The notes under the pieces were generated by a model. That model was not told the origin of the DNA, ran no database searches, and was given only the letters and a program-made list of their open reading frames with translations. From Desulfovibrio sp. (GTDB taxonomy: Bacteria; Desulfobacterota; Desulfovibrionia; Desulfovibrionales; Desulfovibrionaceae), in assembly GCA_024692205.1 (NCBI GenBank), contig JAILMX010000214.1:1338-65337 (forward strand): a DNA stretch of 64,000 nt, given 5' to 3'. The first letter of the stretch is position 1; each line of letters opens with the position of its first letter. The translations under genes were made by a program, and so were the position numbers. Below, one piece after another: positions 28,194 through 37,536 of the stretch.

Positions 28194-29171
28194 TTACTTG
28201 ATGAGACCCACTTCCTTGAAGTACTTCTCCGCCCCGGGATGCAGGGGGATGGTATTGCCCTGCATCATGCCTTCGCGGGTCAGTCCGGCTAAGGCGGGAT
28301 GCAGCTTCTTGAATTCGTCGAGATGCTCAAAGACTTCCTTGGTGATGGCGTAAACGACGTCATCCGGCACCTTTGCGGAAGTCACGAAGGTCGCCAGCAT
28401 GCTGACGGTCGACACGGTGCCGTCAGAGGCATTCGTCGCTTCGGGATAGGCGGCCATGTCGATTTTGCCGATCGAATAATAGGGGAACTTCTTGAGCAGA
28501 GGCTCTATATTCGTGATGGAGACGATACGGCACTTGCGTTTGCCGGAGGTGGCTTCCTTGATATTGCCGTTGGGATGCCCGACGGTGAAGAAGAAGCCGT
28601 CGATGCGGCCGTCCTGCAGCATGCGGGGAGCGTCAGCGGATTTCAGGCTCTCGGCCTTGAAGTCCTTCTCGTAATTGATATTGACGGAATTGAAAATGTC
28701 TATCGCGTTCTGGCGGTTGCCGGAACCGGGGTTGCCGATATTCACGATTTTGCCCTTCACATCATTGATGGACTTGATGCCGGAATCTTCAGCGACGACG
28801 AAGGTGACGCATTCGGGCGCGAGGGAGAACATGGCCCGAAGATCCTTCTGGGGCTTGCCCGCCCACTCGGCCAAGCCGTTGTATGCCTGATACTGCCGGT
28901 CGGCCTGGGCGATGCCGAATTCCAGATCACCCGCCACGATGGCGTTGATGTTGAAAACCGAAGCTCCGGTGGCCTCAACCGAGCATTTGACGTGATGCTT
29001 GGCGGTGTTCTGGTTGACTATCTTGGCGATGGCGCCACCGGTAGGATAGTAGACGCCCGTGATGCCACCCGTGCCGATGGTCACAAATTTCTTGTCCGCA
29101 GCCTGAGACATGACAGCGCCGCCGAGGCTCACGGCCACGGCTAGACAAGCTGCCGCCAGCGATTTGTACAT
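28194..29171 (-). CDS. TRAP transporter solute receptor, TAXI family
   Basis: Signal peptide MYKSLAAACLAVAVSLGGAVMSQA, then TIGTGGITGVYYPTGGAIAK typical of TAXI receptors. ATG at 29171 with a GGGAG SD. The track start 29270 adds 33 non-signal residues. Confidence 0.85.
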   Translation of the reverse strand: MYKSLAAACLAVAVSLGGAVMSQAADKKFVTIGTGGITGVYYPTGGAIAKIVNQNTAKHHVKCSVEATGASVFNINAIVAGDLEFGIAQADRQYQAYNGLAEWAGKPQKDLRAMFSLAPECVTFVVAEDSGIKSINDVKGKIVNIGNPGSGNRQNAIDIFNSVNINYEKDFKAESLKSADAPRMLQDGRIDGFFFTVGHPNGNIKEATSGKRKCRIVSITNIEPLLKKFPYYSIGKIDMAAYPEATNASDGTVSTVSMLATFVTSAKVPDDVVYAITKEVFEHLDEFKKLHPALAGLTREGMMQGNTIPLHPGAEKYFKEVGLIK

Positions 29172-29322
29172 GACGTTGCTCCCGAAGCTAGAGGTTGAAA
29201 CGGTTATTTTTGGTAAAAATTGACTATGGCTGATTTTCGGGCAAAAATCAAGTTTGAGCAGATTTTTCATATCTGATACTGTCTGTTTTTTCCACGCACA
29301 TCAGCGAACGTAAGGAACCGAA

Positions 29323-32300
29323 ATGTCCGATTTCGTCCATCTGCACTGCCATACGGAATACAGCCTTCTCGACGGGGCGATACGCCTCAAGGATCTTTGC
29401 TCGCGTGCGCGTGAATTCGGCATGCCGGCCTGCGCCATCACCGACCACGGCAACATGTACGGCGCCGCCTATTTCTACACGGCGTGCAAGGATTCCGGCA
29501 TCAAGCCCATTTTCGGCTGCGAAGTGTACGTATGCCGCGATCATACGGACAAATCGGCTGATTCGGCCTACGCCCGCCACCGCAACCATCTGATACTGCT
29601 CGCTCAGAACAACATCGGCTACCACAACCTCGTCAAGCTCATCAGCAGGAGCTACATCGACGGTTTCTACTACAAGCCGCGCGTCGACAAGGATCTGCTC
29701 CGCCGATATGCGGAAGGCATAACCTGCCTTTCAGCCTGCCTTGCCGGCGAGATACCCGAGGCCATACTTGCCTCAGACCTAGACAGGGCAAAGGAACTCA
29801 TCGGCGAATACCGCAGCATTTACCCCAATCGCTTTTACTTGGAATTGCAATACAACGGCATTGACAGGCAGACCATCGTCAACGACGCCCTTCTCGACCT
29901 CGCGGAAACGACGCGCACACCAATCGTTGCAACAAACGACTGTCATTACCTGAACAGAGAAGACGCCGAGGCGCATGAAGTCCTGCTCTGCATCCAAACC
30001 GGCAAGACCATGGACGACCCAAATCGCATGCGCTTCGAGACCGAAGAGCTCTTTTTCAAGTCTGCGGACGACATGAAAAAGAATTTCAGCCAGATCCCCA
30101 CAGCCATTGAGAACAGTCTGCGAATAGCAGAAGGCTGCAACGTCGAACTCGACATGGGCTACCACTACTTCCCCGTCTACCCGCTTCCCGAAGGCGCAAG
30201 CCTTGAAAGCGAATTCCGCCGCCTTGCCGAAGAAGGCCTTGAACTACGCCTGAAAAAGCACCCGAACCGGGAGCACATCGACCCGGCCGTCTACCGCAAA
30301 CGCCTCCAACACGAAATCGACGTCATCCTTGGCATGGGTTTCCCCGGCTATTTCCTCATCGTTCAGGAATTCATCAACTGGGCCAAGGACAACGGCATCC
30401 CCGTCGGCCCCGGCCGCGGATCCGCAGCCGGCTCCCTCGTGGCATGGTCGATGCGCATAACGAACCTCGACCCCCTCCCCTACAACCTCCTGTTTGAACG
30501 ATTCCTCAACGACGAACGAGTCTCTCTGCCCGACATCGACGTCGACTTCTGCGAACGCCGCCGCACGGAAGTCATACAACATATGAAGGACACCTACGGC
30601 GACGACTCCGTCGCACAGATCACGACCTTCGGCACGATGAAGGCGAGAGGCGTCGTGCGTGACGTGGGGCGTGCCCTTGCCATCCCCTTGGCAGAAGCCG
30701 ACCGCATCGCAAAAATGATTCCGGAAGACCTCAAAATGACCATAACAAAGGCCATGGATGCCGAACCGGAACTGGCGAAGCTTTATGAAAGTGACGCCTC
30801 CGTGCGCCGCCTGCTCGACACAGCACGCAAGCTGGAAGGCCTGACTAGGCACGCATCAACGCATGCCGCGGGCCTCGTCGTTTCGGACAAGCCCATGGTG
30901 GAGTATCTTCCCCTCTACAAAGGCAAGCACGACGAACTCGTGACGCAATTCGACGGGCCGATGACGGAAAAGACGGGTCTCGTCAAATTCGACTTCCTCG
31001 GCCTCAAGACGATGACTCTCATATTCGATTCGCTGGACAACATCCGCCTGGAAGGGAAGACGCCGCCGGATCTGGACAATCTCTCCCTTGAGGACACGGC
31101 GACCTATCAGGTTTTCTGCGATGGCGACACAGATGGCATCTTTCAGGTGGAGAGCTCGGGCATGCGGCAGTATCTGCGCATGCTCAAGCCCTCATGCTTT
31201 GAAGACATCATCGCAATGCTTGCCCTCTACCGTCCCGGCCCCCTCGGATCCGGCATGGTGGATGAGTTCATCAAGCGCAAGCACGGCAAGGTAGAGGTCA
31301 AATACCCGCATCCTTCGCTTGAAGGATGCCTCAAGGACACCTACGGCGTCATCGTCTATCAGGAACAGGTGATGCAGATCGCCCAGATCATTGCCAACTA
31401 CACGCTCGGCGGAGCGGATCTTCTGCGGCGTGCCATGGGCAAGAAGAAAGCCGAGGCCATGCGGCAGCAACGCGCCATTTTCGTCGAAGGCGCCAAAAAG
31501 AACGGCATCGGCAAGGATCTTGCCGACGAGATATTCGACCTGATGGAAAAATTCGCAGCATACGGCTTCAACAAGTCTCACTCTGCGGCCTATGCGCTCA
31601 TCTCCTATTTCACCGCGTATCTCAAAGCCCACTACAAGGTGGAATTCATGGCCGCCCTGCTCACATCAGAAATGGGAAATCAGGACAAGCTGCTCAAATA
31701 TGTCTCCTGTTGCAAAGACATGGGAATAGAGGTTCTGCCGCCGCTCGTAAACCAGAGCTACTGGCATTTCACCGCCCACCAGGGCAAGGTCGTCTTCGGC
31801 CTCGGTGGCATCAAGAACGTCGGCCAGAACGCCATCGAGAGCATTGTCGAGGCCCGCGAGAAAGACGGCGAATTCGCCTCCCTCCTTGATATGTGCCGAC
31901 GGGTCAACCTGCGTCAGGTCAACAAGCGCACGCTCGAATCCCTCATCAAATCCGGTGCCTGCGACTGTTTCGGCATCACACGCGCCGGCATGCTGGCGGC
32001 ACTGGACGATGTCGTCTCCCGTGCGCAGAAAGAGACGAAGACCAAGCAGTCCCCCCAGCTTTCCCTGTTCGCCTTCGCGCCCAAAACCGAGGCCGCCGCC
32101 CTGCCCGGTCTGGGATTTGACTGCCCCGAATCGACCATGCCCGAAATGGATGATGACCGCAAACTTCAGGTCGAAAAGGAAGTGCTGGGATTTTATCTCA
32201 CAAGCCATCCGCTGCAGCCGTGGATGCATGAGATACGCCGGATGCAGCTGACGACGCTTGAGACGGCGCGCGAGCTCGCCTCCGGTGCTGAAATCCGCTG

Positions 32301-32892
32301 CGCGGTTCTCATTGTGAACAAAAAGGAAATAACGACGAAAAAAGACGGCCGAAGGATGGCCTTCATCGAAGTCGAGGATCTGACGGGGCACGCCGAAGTC
32401 ACTGTCTTCCCCGATGCCTACGCCCAGATACGCGACGTCCTGAAATCCTCGGAAGAGCAACAGCAGCCCGTTCTTCTGACCGCCGCCATAGATCAGCAAA
32501 GGGATTCCGCTTCAGACGAAGGTTTCGGCGACGATGACGGCGACGCGATGGAAAGCGCCGTTCATGGACTGAAACTCTTGATCACTATCCCCCGCAAAAA
32601 ACGGAGGGAGGATGCTGGGGACAGTCAGAACGCCAGCCGCAACCTGGCCATTCTGCTGAAGGAAGCCTGCGAGAACAACGACGAACCGGTTTGCGTTCAG
32701 ATTCCGCCGCACAGGCTCGGGCGCGAAGACATCATGAATCTGCGTGATCTTCTCAGCCGCTATCCGGGCCCTGTTCCGACAGAAGCCGTCATCCTGCTTG
32801 ACGGCTGCCGCTGCCATCTCAAACTGGACGCGGAGCTGACCGTTCAGCCCGGCCCGGAACTGAACAAGGCCCTCGTCGCATGGGCTTCATGA
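29323..32892 (+). CDS. dnaE: DNA polymerase III alpha subunit
   Basis: PHP domain start FVHLHCHTEYSLLDG, polymerase core (PDIDVDF, GLVKFDFLGLKT) and OB-fold region; 1189 aa. Confidence 0.95.
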   Translation: MSDFVHLHCHTEYSLLDGAIRLKDLCSRAREFGMPACAITDHGNMYGAAYFYTACKDSGIKPIFGCEVYVCRDHTDKSADSAYARHRNHLILLAQNNIGYHNLVKLISRSYIDGFYYKPRVDKDLLRRYAEGITCLSACLAGEIPEAILASDLDRAKELIGEYRSIYPNRFYLELQYNGIDRQTIVNDALLDLAETTRTPIVATNDCHYLNREDAEAHEVLLCIQTGKTMDDPNRMRFETEELFFKSADDMKKNFSQIPTAIENSLRIAEGCNVELDMGYHYFPVYPLPEGASLESEFRRLAEEGLELRLKKHPNREHIDPAVYRKRLQHEIDVILGMGFPGYFLIVQEFINWAKDNGIPVGPGRGSAAGSLVAWSMRITNLDPLPYNLLFERFLNDERVSLPDIDVDFCERRRTEVIQHMKDTYGDDSVAQITTFGTMKARGVVRDVGRALAIPLAEADRIAKMIPEDLKMTITKAMDAEPELAKLYESDASVRRLLDTARKLEGLTRHASTHAAGLVVSDKPMVEYLPLYKGKHDELVTQFDGPMTEKTGLVKFDFLGLKTMTLIFDSLDNIRLEGKTPPDLDNLSLEDTATYQVFCDGDTDGIFQVESSGMRQYLRMLKPSCFEDIIAMLALYRPGPLGSGMVDEFIKRKHGKVEVKYPHPSLEGCLKDTYGVIVYQEQVMQIAQIIANYTLGGADLLRRAMGKKKAEAMRQQRAIFVEGAKKNGIGKDLADEIFDLMEKFAAYGFNKSHSAAYALISYFTAYLKAHYKVEFMAALLTSEMGNQDKLLKYVSCCKDMGIEVLPPLVNQSYWHFTAHQGKVVFGLGGIKNVGQNAIESIVEAREKDGEFASLLDMCRRVNLRQVNKRTLESLIKSGACDCFGITRAGMLAALDDVVSRAQKETKTKQSPQLSLFAFAPKTEAAALPGLGFDCPESTMPEMDDDRKLQVEKEVLGFYLTSHPLQPWMHEIRRMQLTTLETARELASGAEIRCAVLIVNKKEITTKKDGRRMAFIEVEDLTGHAEVTVFPDAYAQIRDVLKSSEEQQQPVLLTAAIDQQRDSASDEGFGDDDGDAMESAVHGLKLLITIPRKKRREDAGDSQNASRNLAILLKEACENNDEPVCVQIPPHRLGREDIMNLRDLLSRYPGPVPTEAVILLDGCRCHLKLDAELTVQPGPELNKALVAWAS

Positions 32893-33012
32893 CATGCACA
32901 CGAAAATGATGACGAAATAGAATCAATAATATCATGCCTGCCCCCCACATGCACGGGTGGCGCAGCAACGGGGAGGAGTACTGCGATGCTGGGCATCTCG
33001 GCCGGAGTGAAC

Positions 33013-33615
33013 ATGAAAAAAATTCGAGCTCTCTTTTTTCTTCTATTCGCATTCGCATTCACAATCGCTACAAACTGCCATGCGGAAAATGTGTTTTTTG
33101 CCGTGACGAATTCTCTGTACCGCGGCGATAAGGAACTCACCTATCCCATATTCAGCAAAGGCAATGCGATAGCCGCAAAAAAAATCAACAAATTTGTTGA
33201 ATCGATAATTCCTACGTTTATCAAAGACGAACGAAAAGCATATCAGGAAGATATTTACGTGAAGTCAAAATATAAAATTACATATAATTATAATGATTAC
33301 CTAAGTATTGTATTCACAATGGAATATGGCATTAAGGGCTGGCCTCAAACTGTCATGCGAGGATATGCCTTTAATAGCAACACAGGTGATATGATACATG
33401 CTAAAGATTTAAATGTTACAGCATGGAGTATCAGGAATAAGCTGCATATTATGGCACAACAAAAAAATATTTCATTGAATGAAAGCAATAAAATTCGCAA
33501 TGTTCCGGACAATTTCTATTATGATAATGATTTCAATCTCCACTTTATCTTTGACAAAGGAACTATCGCAACAGAGGCTGACGGCATTATTGACCTGAAC
33601 ATGGATGCGTATTAG
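33013..33615 (+). CDS. secreted hypothetical protein encoded in an AT-rich islet
   Basis: Signal peptide MKKIRALFFLLFAFAFTIATNCHA. Asn/Lys/Ile/Tyr-rich body. Loose resemblance to DUF3298/RsiV-like secreted domains (Y..F...TG..I..KDL), unverified. Codon usage is very different from the neighbours. Confidence 0.6.
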   Translation: MKKIRALFFLLFAFAFTIATNCHAENVFFAVTNSLYRGDKELTYPIFSKGNAIAAKKINKFVESIIPTFIKDERKAYQEDIYVKSKYKITYNYNDYLSIVFTMEYGIKGWPQTVMRGYAFNSNTGDMIHAKDLNVTAWSIRNKLHIMAQQKNISLNESNKIRNVPDNFYYDNDFNLHFIFDKGTIATEADGIIDLNMDAY

Positions 33616-33643
33616 CGTTTACATACAAACTGGAGACTCCAAA

Positions 33644-33739
33644 ATGAAAGTCGTCTTGCTTTCACTGTTGGGTCTTGCCTATCTGCTGGTAAGCGATATT
33701 TTCAGAGGATGGTTCCATCAAACGATTTCAATAGGATGA
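33644..33739 (+). CDS. candidate 31-aa hydrophobic micro-ORF
   Basis: ATG at 33644 is preceded by GGAG 9 nt upstream. Encodes MKVVLLSLLGLAYLLVSDIFRGWFHQTISIG. Too short for the ORF track; no other support. Confidence 0.25.
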   Translation: MKVVLLSLLGLAYLLVSDIFRGWFHQTISIG

Positions 33740-33742
33740 ACT

Positions 33743-36286
33743 TTATTTGGTCGACGTCTGCTGGTTTCGGTAATTCTCCAGATCCCGCGACACCTCGAAG
33801 GTATGCAGTTCTGAAGCCGCAGCCTTGCCATACGGTGAATCCGGAGTGCGCCTGACGATCTCCTCCAGCAAGGCGCGTGCCCGGTTGGTGTCGCCCAGCT
33901 TGCGATACAGGCGGGCTTCTCTGAAACGCAGGGAGCTGTAAGCATCCGAGCCTTCGGGGGCGAATTGCCTGTAGCGGTTCACCCATTCGAGCGCCTCGGG
34001 CAATCGGTTCGAAACCTCGCAAATGTCCATGAGCGAAACCATGGCTTCACGTATGCGATCGGGATCGGCCTTGTCGGAATGTTCCTCCTGCAATTGCGAA
34101 AAGGACTCCACGACATCGCGATTCGCCTGATAGGCGGCGCTTATGTCCTTTCGTTGCTCGGCGTCCCGCGCCAGGAAAAACGATGCATAGGCCCTCTGGT
34201 AAAGCGGGGCATCCTTCTGCCCGGCGAGATTGCGCCACATCTCAAGGGCAGCCTTCGTCATGCCGAGATTCTGCGCCGAAAGCGCCATCGCATAATCAAG
34301 CTGATTGCGAAGACGCGGCGGCATGCTCCACCCGGAAACGGTCTTTCCGAGGTCAAGCAGTTTCTGCCACTCGCCGCCGGCGACATACCGGTCAAAGACT
34401 TCGGAAAAGGCTAATTCCCCGTATTGCGGGTCCTTCTCCGGCGTGATGAAGCCGGACAAAAGTCTCATCGCTTCGTCGGTGTTGCCCTGCTCAAGCCATC
34501 CCTGGGCAAGCGCATAGCGCAGGCGTGGATCGGGTTCGCCATAGCGTTGCCGCACGAGGGGAAAGCCTTTCCAGAGGATGAGGATACGGCCGTAATTCTG
34601 TTCCGCCATGCCGATCTCCAGTTCCTTCCGGAAAGACTGCCAGATGATGTCGCTAGCCCGTTCCTTGTCTGGATGTTCGGGATAGGCGTCGATAAAATCG
34701 GCGGCTTGCCCCATCGCCTCTATGTACTGCTTGTCCCAGAAAAGCCACATGGCAATCTTGAGCCTTGCGAGCACTGCTTCAGCACCAACCTGCGAGGTTG
34801 CAGCGATATCCTTGTATACCTGCAGGAGACCATCCCTGCCCTTTTTATCGAACATGCTTGCCATGCGCGCGTAGTCGAGAGGTGATTCATAACGCCCTCC
34901 TTCGACAATGCGCAGCTTCGCGGTGACAGCTCCCGGTGTGTCGGGGTAGCGTTCCAGAATCTCCTTGTACAAAAAGGTAGCGGCTTCGGTATTGCCCGCA
35001 GTCAGGTAGAGGTTGGCCATCTTGAGAAAAAGCTGCTCCACATCCTTGCGGGCGGGGTCGATGTTGTAGAGAAGCCAGAACGTCTCCAACTCCTTGTCCG
35101 CGTTGCCCGCAATGGCATCAATTTCCGCCTGAAGGAGAAGGAAATCAGGATCATCGAGATAATACCGGGACCAGCGCTTGTTGACGTAATCAAGATACGG
35201 GCGGATCTTGTCAAACTTTTTCTGCCGGTAGAGCGCCTTCACAAGCCCGATCGCCGCATCTTGGAGCTGCGCGGAGTCAGGATATTTGTCAATCACCATA
35301 GAAAACGATTGTTCCGCCTCGGCATTCATGCTCTTGTCAAGCTGGGCCTTGCCCAAGGCGGCGAAACCCTGAGGGACGCCGGGAAAATCGGGATAACGCC
35401 TGAAAAGCGCCATGGCGTAGCCTCTGGCCTCCGCGAGGTTGCCAACGCCTATTTCGACCATGCAGAGGCGCAACAGGGCTTCCGGCACCCTCGGCGAACG
35501 AAGGTCGGCGTTCAGGGCCTCGTTCGTGGAGGAAACGATGCTGTCATAGCCGGCGAGAGGATTTGAAGCGTACTTGCCCCAGTAGCAGTCGCTCGTATCG
35601 TAGAGCAGTCTTTCCCGAACCTCTTTTGAAATGTCCGGAATGGCGCGTATCATATCCAGCACGTGAAGGGCGTTGTCAAACTGCCGGTCGTTGAGATACG
35701 ATTCGGCTTCGGCCAGCATCTTTTCCGGTTCCGGGGGCTTCGGCACCTCGTTGCCGTTCTCGTCACGATAGACGACTTTCGGTTTCGCCTGCGCCTCTTC
35801 AGCTTTTTTCTTGGCTTCCGCCTTCTCCTTTTCATCTTCCTTCGGTTCTGGCGGCAGACTTTCCGACTCATGCCTGGCCACGCCTGACACCCCGGGATCG
35901 GTATGGGCGGATGCGGCTTCGCGCTCGAGCCCCCTCTGTATGGGGTCGGGAGGAGTTGCCAGTCCCCCGTGCGCATCTGCTTCGGAGGGTTTCGACTCGT
36001 GCACGGTCGCTGTGGAAAGACCTTCCTCCTCCGGCCAATCTTCAGCAGTGCCTTCATTCAGGCGGCCGATGACTTCTTGGGGGCTACGGACTTCTCCGCG
36101 TTTCGGAACAGAATTTTTTCCCCCCTCAACTGCGCCCGGTGACGCCACGTTCGCGTTGACCTCGGCGCCATCGACGGGCGAAATGCAACACAGCGAGAGC
36201 ATGGCCACCATGACGCATGCAAAGGACCATTGCAAAACGCCCCGAAGGAATCGAAAGAATCGTGGGTTCCCGTTTTTTGTGTGCAT
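33743..36286 (-). CDS. secreted tetratricopeptide-repeat (TPR) protein, 848 aa
   Basis: Signal-peptide-like N-terminus (RFLRGVLQWSFACVMVAMLSLCCISPVDGA), a Glu/Lys/Pro-rich spacer, then many TPR-like helical repeats. The track start 36367 lies inside the sigma-54 promoter, so ATG 36286 is preferred. Confidence 0.75.
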   Translation of the reverse strand: MHTKNGNPRFFRFLRGVLQWSFACVMVAMLSLCCISPVDGAEVNANVASPGAVEGGKNSVPKRGEVRSPQEVIGRLNEGTAEDWPEEEGLSTATVHESKPSEADAHGGLATPPDPIQRGLEREAASAHTDPGVSGVARHESESLPPEPKEDEKEKAEAKKKAEEAQAKPKVVYRDENGNEVPKPPEPEKMLAEAESYLNDRQFDNALHVLDMIRAIPDISKEVRERLLYDTSDCYWGKYASNPLAGYDSIVSSTNEALNADLRSPRVPEALLRLCMVEIGVGNLAEARGYAMALFRRYPDFPGVPQGFAALGKAQLDKSMNAEAEQSFSMVIDKYPDSAQLQDAAIGLVKALYRQKKFDKIRPYLDYVNKRWSRYYLDDPDFLLLQAEIDAIAGNADKELETFWLLYNIDPARKDVEQLFLKMANLYLTAGNTEAATFLYKEILERYPDTPGAVTAKLRIVEGGRYESPLDYARMASMFDKKGRDGLLQVYKDIAATSQVGAEAVLARLKIAMWLFWDKQYIEAMGQAADFIDAYPEHPDKERASDIIWQSFRKELEIGMAEQNYGRILILWKGFPLVRQRYGEPDPRLRYALAQGWLEQGNTDEAMRLLSGFITPEKDPQYGELAFSEVFDRYVAGGEWQKLLDLGKTVSGWSMPPRLRNQLDYAMALSAQNLGMTKAALEMWRNLAGQKDAPLYQRAYASFFLARDAEQRKDISAAYQANRDVVESFSQLQEEHSDKADPDRIREAMVSLMDICEVSNRLPEALEWVNRYRQFAPEGSDAYSSLRFREARLYRKLGDTNRARALLEEIVRRTPDSPYGKAAASELHTFEVSRDLENYRNQQTSTK

Positions 36287-36355
36287 AACGCCCAACACCC
36301 GATGCCAACAATGATAGTTGCCGAAGAGTCTTTCTCCCGTAGCAGATTGTACGTT

Positions 36356-36371
36356 TGCAATAATCAAGCCA
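36356..36371 (-). promoter_or_regulatory. sigma-54 (-24/-12) promoter upstream of the TPR gene
   Basis: Minus strand reads TGGCTTGATTATTGCA. GG and GC are spaced exactly as in the TGGCACG-N4-TTGCW consensus. It begins 5 nt after the activator stop codon; predicted TSS near 36346. Confidence 0.7.
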
Positions 36372-36376
36372 AAGAA

Positions 36377-37465
36377 TCAGGCACGTTTTTTCAATTTCTC
36401 TATCAATGTCGTACGCTTGATGCCCAAAATCTCGGCGGCCTGATTCTTCACGCCGCCGGCGTTCCGCATAGCCTCGTCTACAAGACGATTCTCCACTGCC
36501 TCAAGAAAATCCTTCAGGGTAAGTCCCAGAGACTGTAAAAGATCCAGATTTGGCCAGACGAATTCTCCGCTCGGCAGCGGCCTTTCCTGCGCGTCACCGG
36601 CCTCAACCGCCACCGAAGTCGCCGCGCCACAGGCCGTATCCGTGCTCGCCGGCGCACTTTCAGCTTCGAGGGCGGGAAGCTCGGCGAGTTCTCCCACCTG
36701 ATCCAGAATTTTCCTCGGCAGATCCTCCGGGCGCACCTGAGAACCATCCACGAGGATGCTCAATCGTTCCATGAAATTTTCCAGCTCACGCACGTTGCCC
36801 GGCCATGAATAGGCCGTCAGAATCCGTCTGGTGAGCGGGGCGAGCTCCAAATTCGCCCTCCCTTTCTTAGCGCAAAACGCCGAGAGAAAATGTTCCGCCA
36901 AGAGCAGTACGTCACCGCCGCGCTCCCGCAGGGGAGGCAAATGCAAAGGAATGACGTTAAGCCGGTAGTACAGGTCTTCGCGGAAACGCCCGGCGGCAAC
37001 TTCCGCCTCAAGATCTCGATTCGTAGCGGCGACGATGCGGACATCGACCTTTTTAACACCCGTGCCACCGACGCGCTCGATCTCTTTCTCCTGGAGAACG
37101 CGCAGTATCTTCACCTGAAGATTCAGCTCCATCTCGCCTATTTCATCAAGAAATATCGTCCCCCCGTCTGCCAGTTCAAAACGGCCTGGTCTTGACCGGA
37201 TGGCATGCGTGAACGCCCCTTTCTCATGGCCGAAAAGTTCGCTCTCAAGCAGTTCCTTGGGGATGGCACCGCAGTTTATGGGCACAAAGGGCTTGTCGGC
37301 ACGCCGACTGTTTGCATGCAAGGCCCGGACAAGCAATTCCTTGCCTGTTCCCGATTCTCCGGTTACAAGCACTGTACTGTCCGTGGGAGCCACTTTGCCG
37401 AGCACTTTGAAAACCTCAGCAAGTGTCGTACTTTGCCCGATGATTCCGCTCGTGTTCAAATCCAT
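36377..37465 (-). CDS. sigma-54-dependent transcriptional activator lacking an N-terminal sensory domain
   Basis: AAA+ sigma-54 interaction module (Walker [15 protein letters not shown] loop, Walker B FLDEIGE) starting about 10 residues after ATG 37465 (GAGAGGAA SD). C-terminal Fis-type HTH ([18 protein letters not shown]). The 69 residues added by the track start 37672 have no domain-like features and would overlap hrpB. Confidence 0.85.
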   Translation of the reverse strand: MDLNTSGIIGQSTTLAEVFKVLGKVAPTDSTVLVTGESGTGKELLVRALHANSRRADKPFVPINCGAIPKELLESELFGHEKGAFTHAIRSRPGRFELADGGTIFLDEIGEMELNLQVKILRVLQEKEIERVGGTGVKKVDVRIVAATNRDLEAEVAAGRFREDLYYRLNVIPLHLPPLRERGGDVLLLAEHFLSAFCAKKGRANLELAPLTRRILTAYSWPGNVRELENFMERLSILVDGSQVRPEDLPRKILDQVGELAELPALEAESAPASTDTACGAATSVAVEAGDAQERPLPSGEFVWPNLDLLQSLGLTLKDFLEAVENRLVDEAMRNAGGVKNQAAEILGIKRTTLIEKLKKRA

Positions 37466-37536
37466 GATGCTGTTCCTCTCATAGAGGTTCGTTTCTTGTG
37501 TCAATACACTGACATGACCGGAATTTCCAGAAAAAA

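Noticed and set aside
36372-36448. 11-nt inverted repeat AAGAATCAGGC ... GCCTGATTCTT (55-nt spacing) spanning the activator 3' end next to the sigma-54 promoter. It could be an enhancer (UAS) or an RNA stem.
   Set aside because: My rough estimate is that about one exact 11-nt inverted repeat within 100 nt is expected by chance in 64 kb. One arm abuts the -24 element, which is too close for a typical UAS, and a 55-nt loop is a poor terminator. It is worth testing only if the sigma-54 module is followed up.
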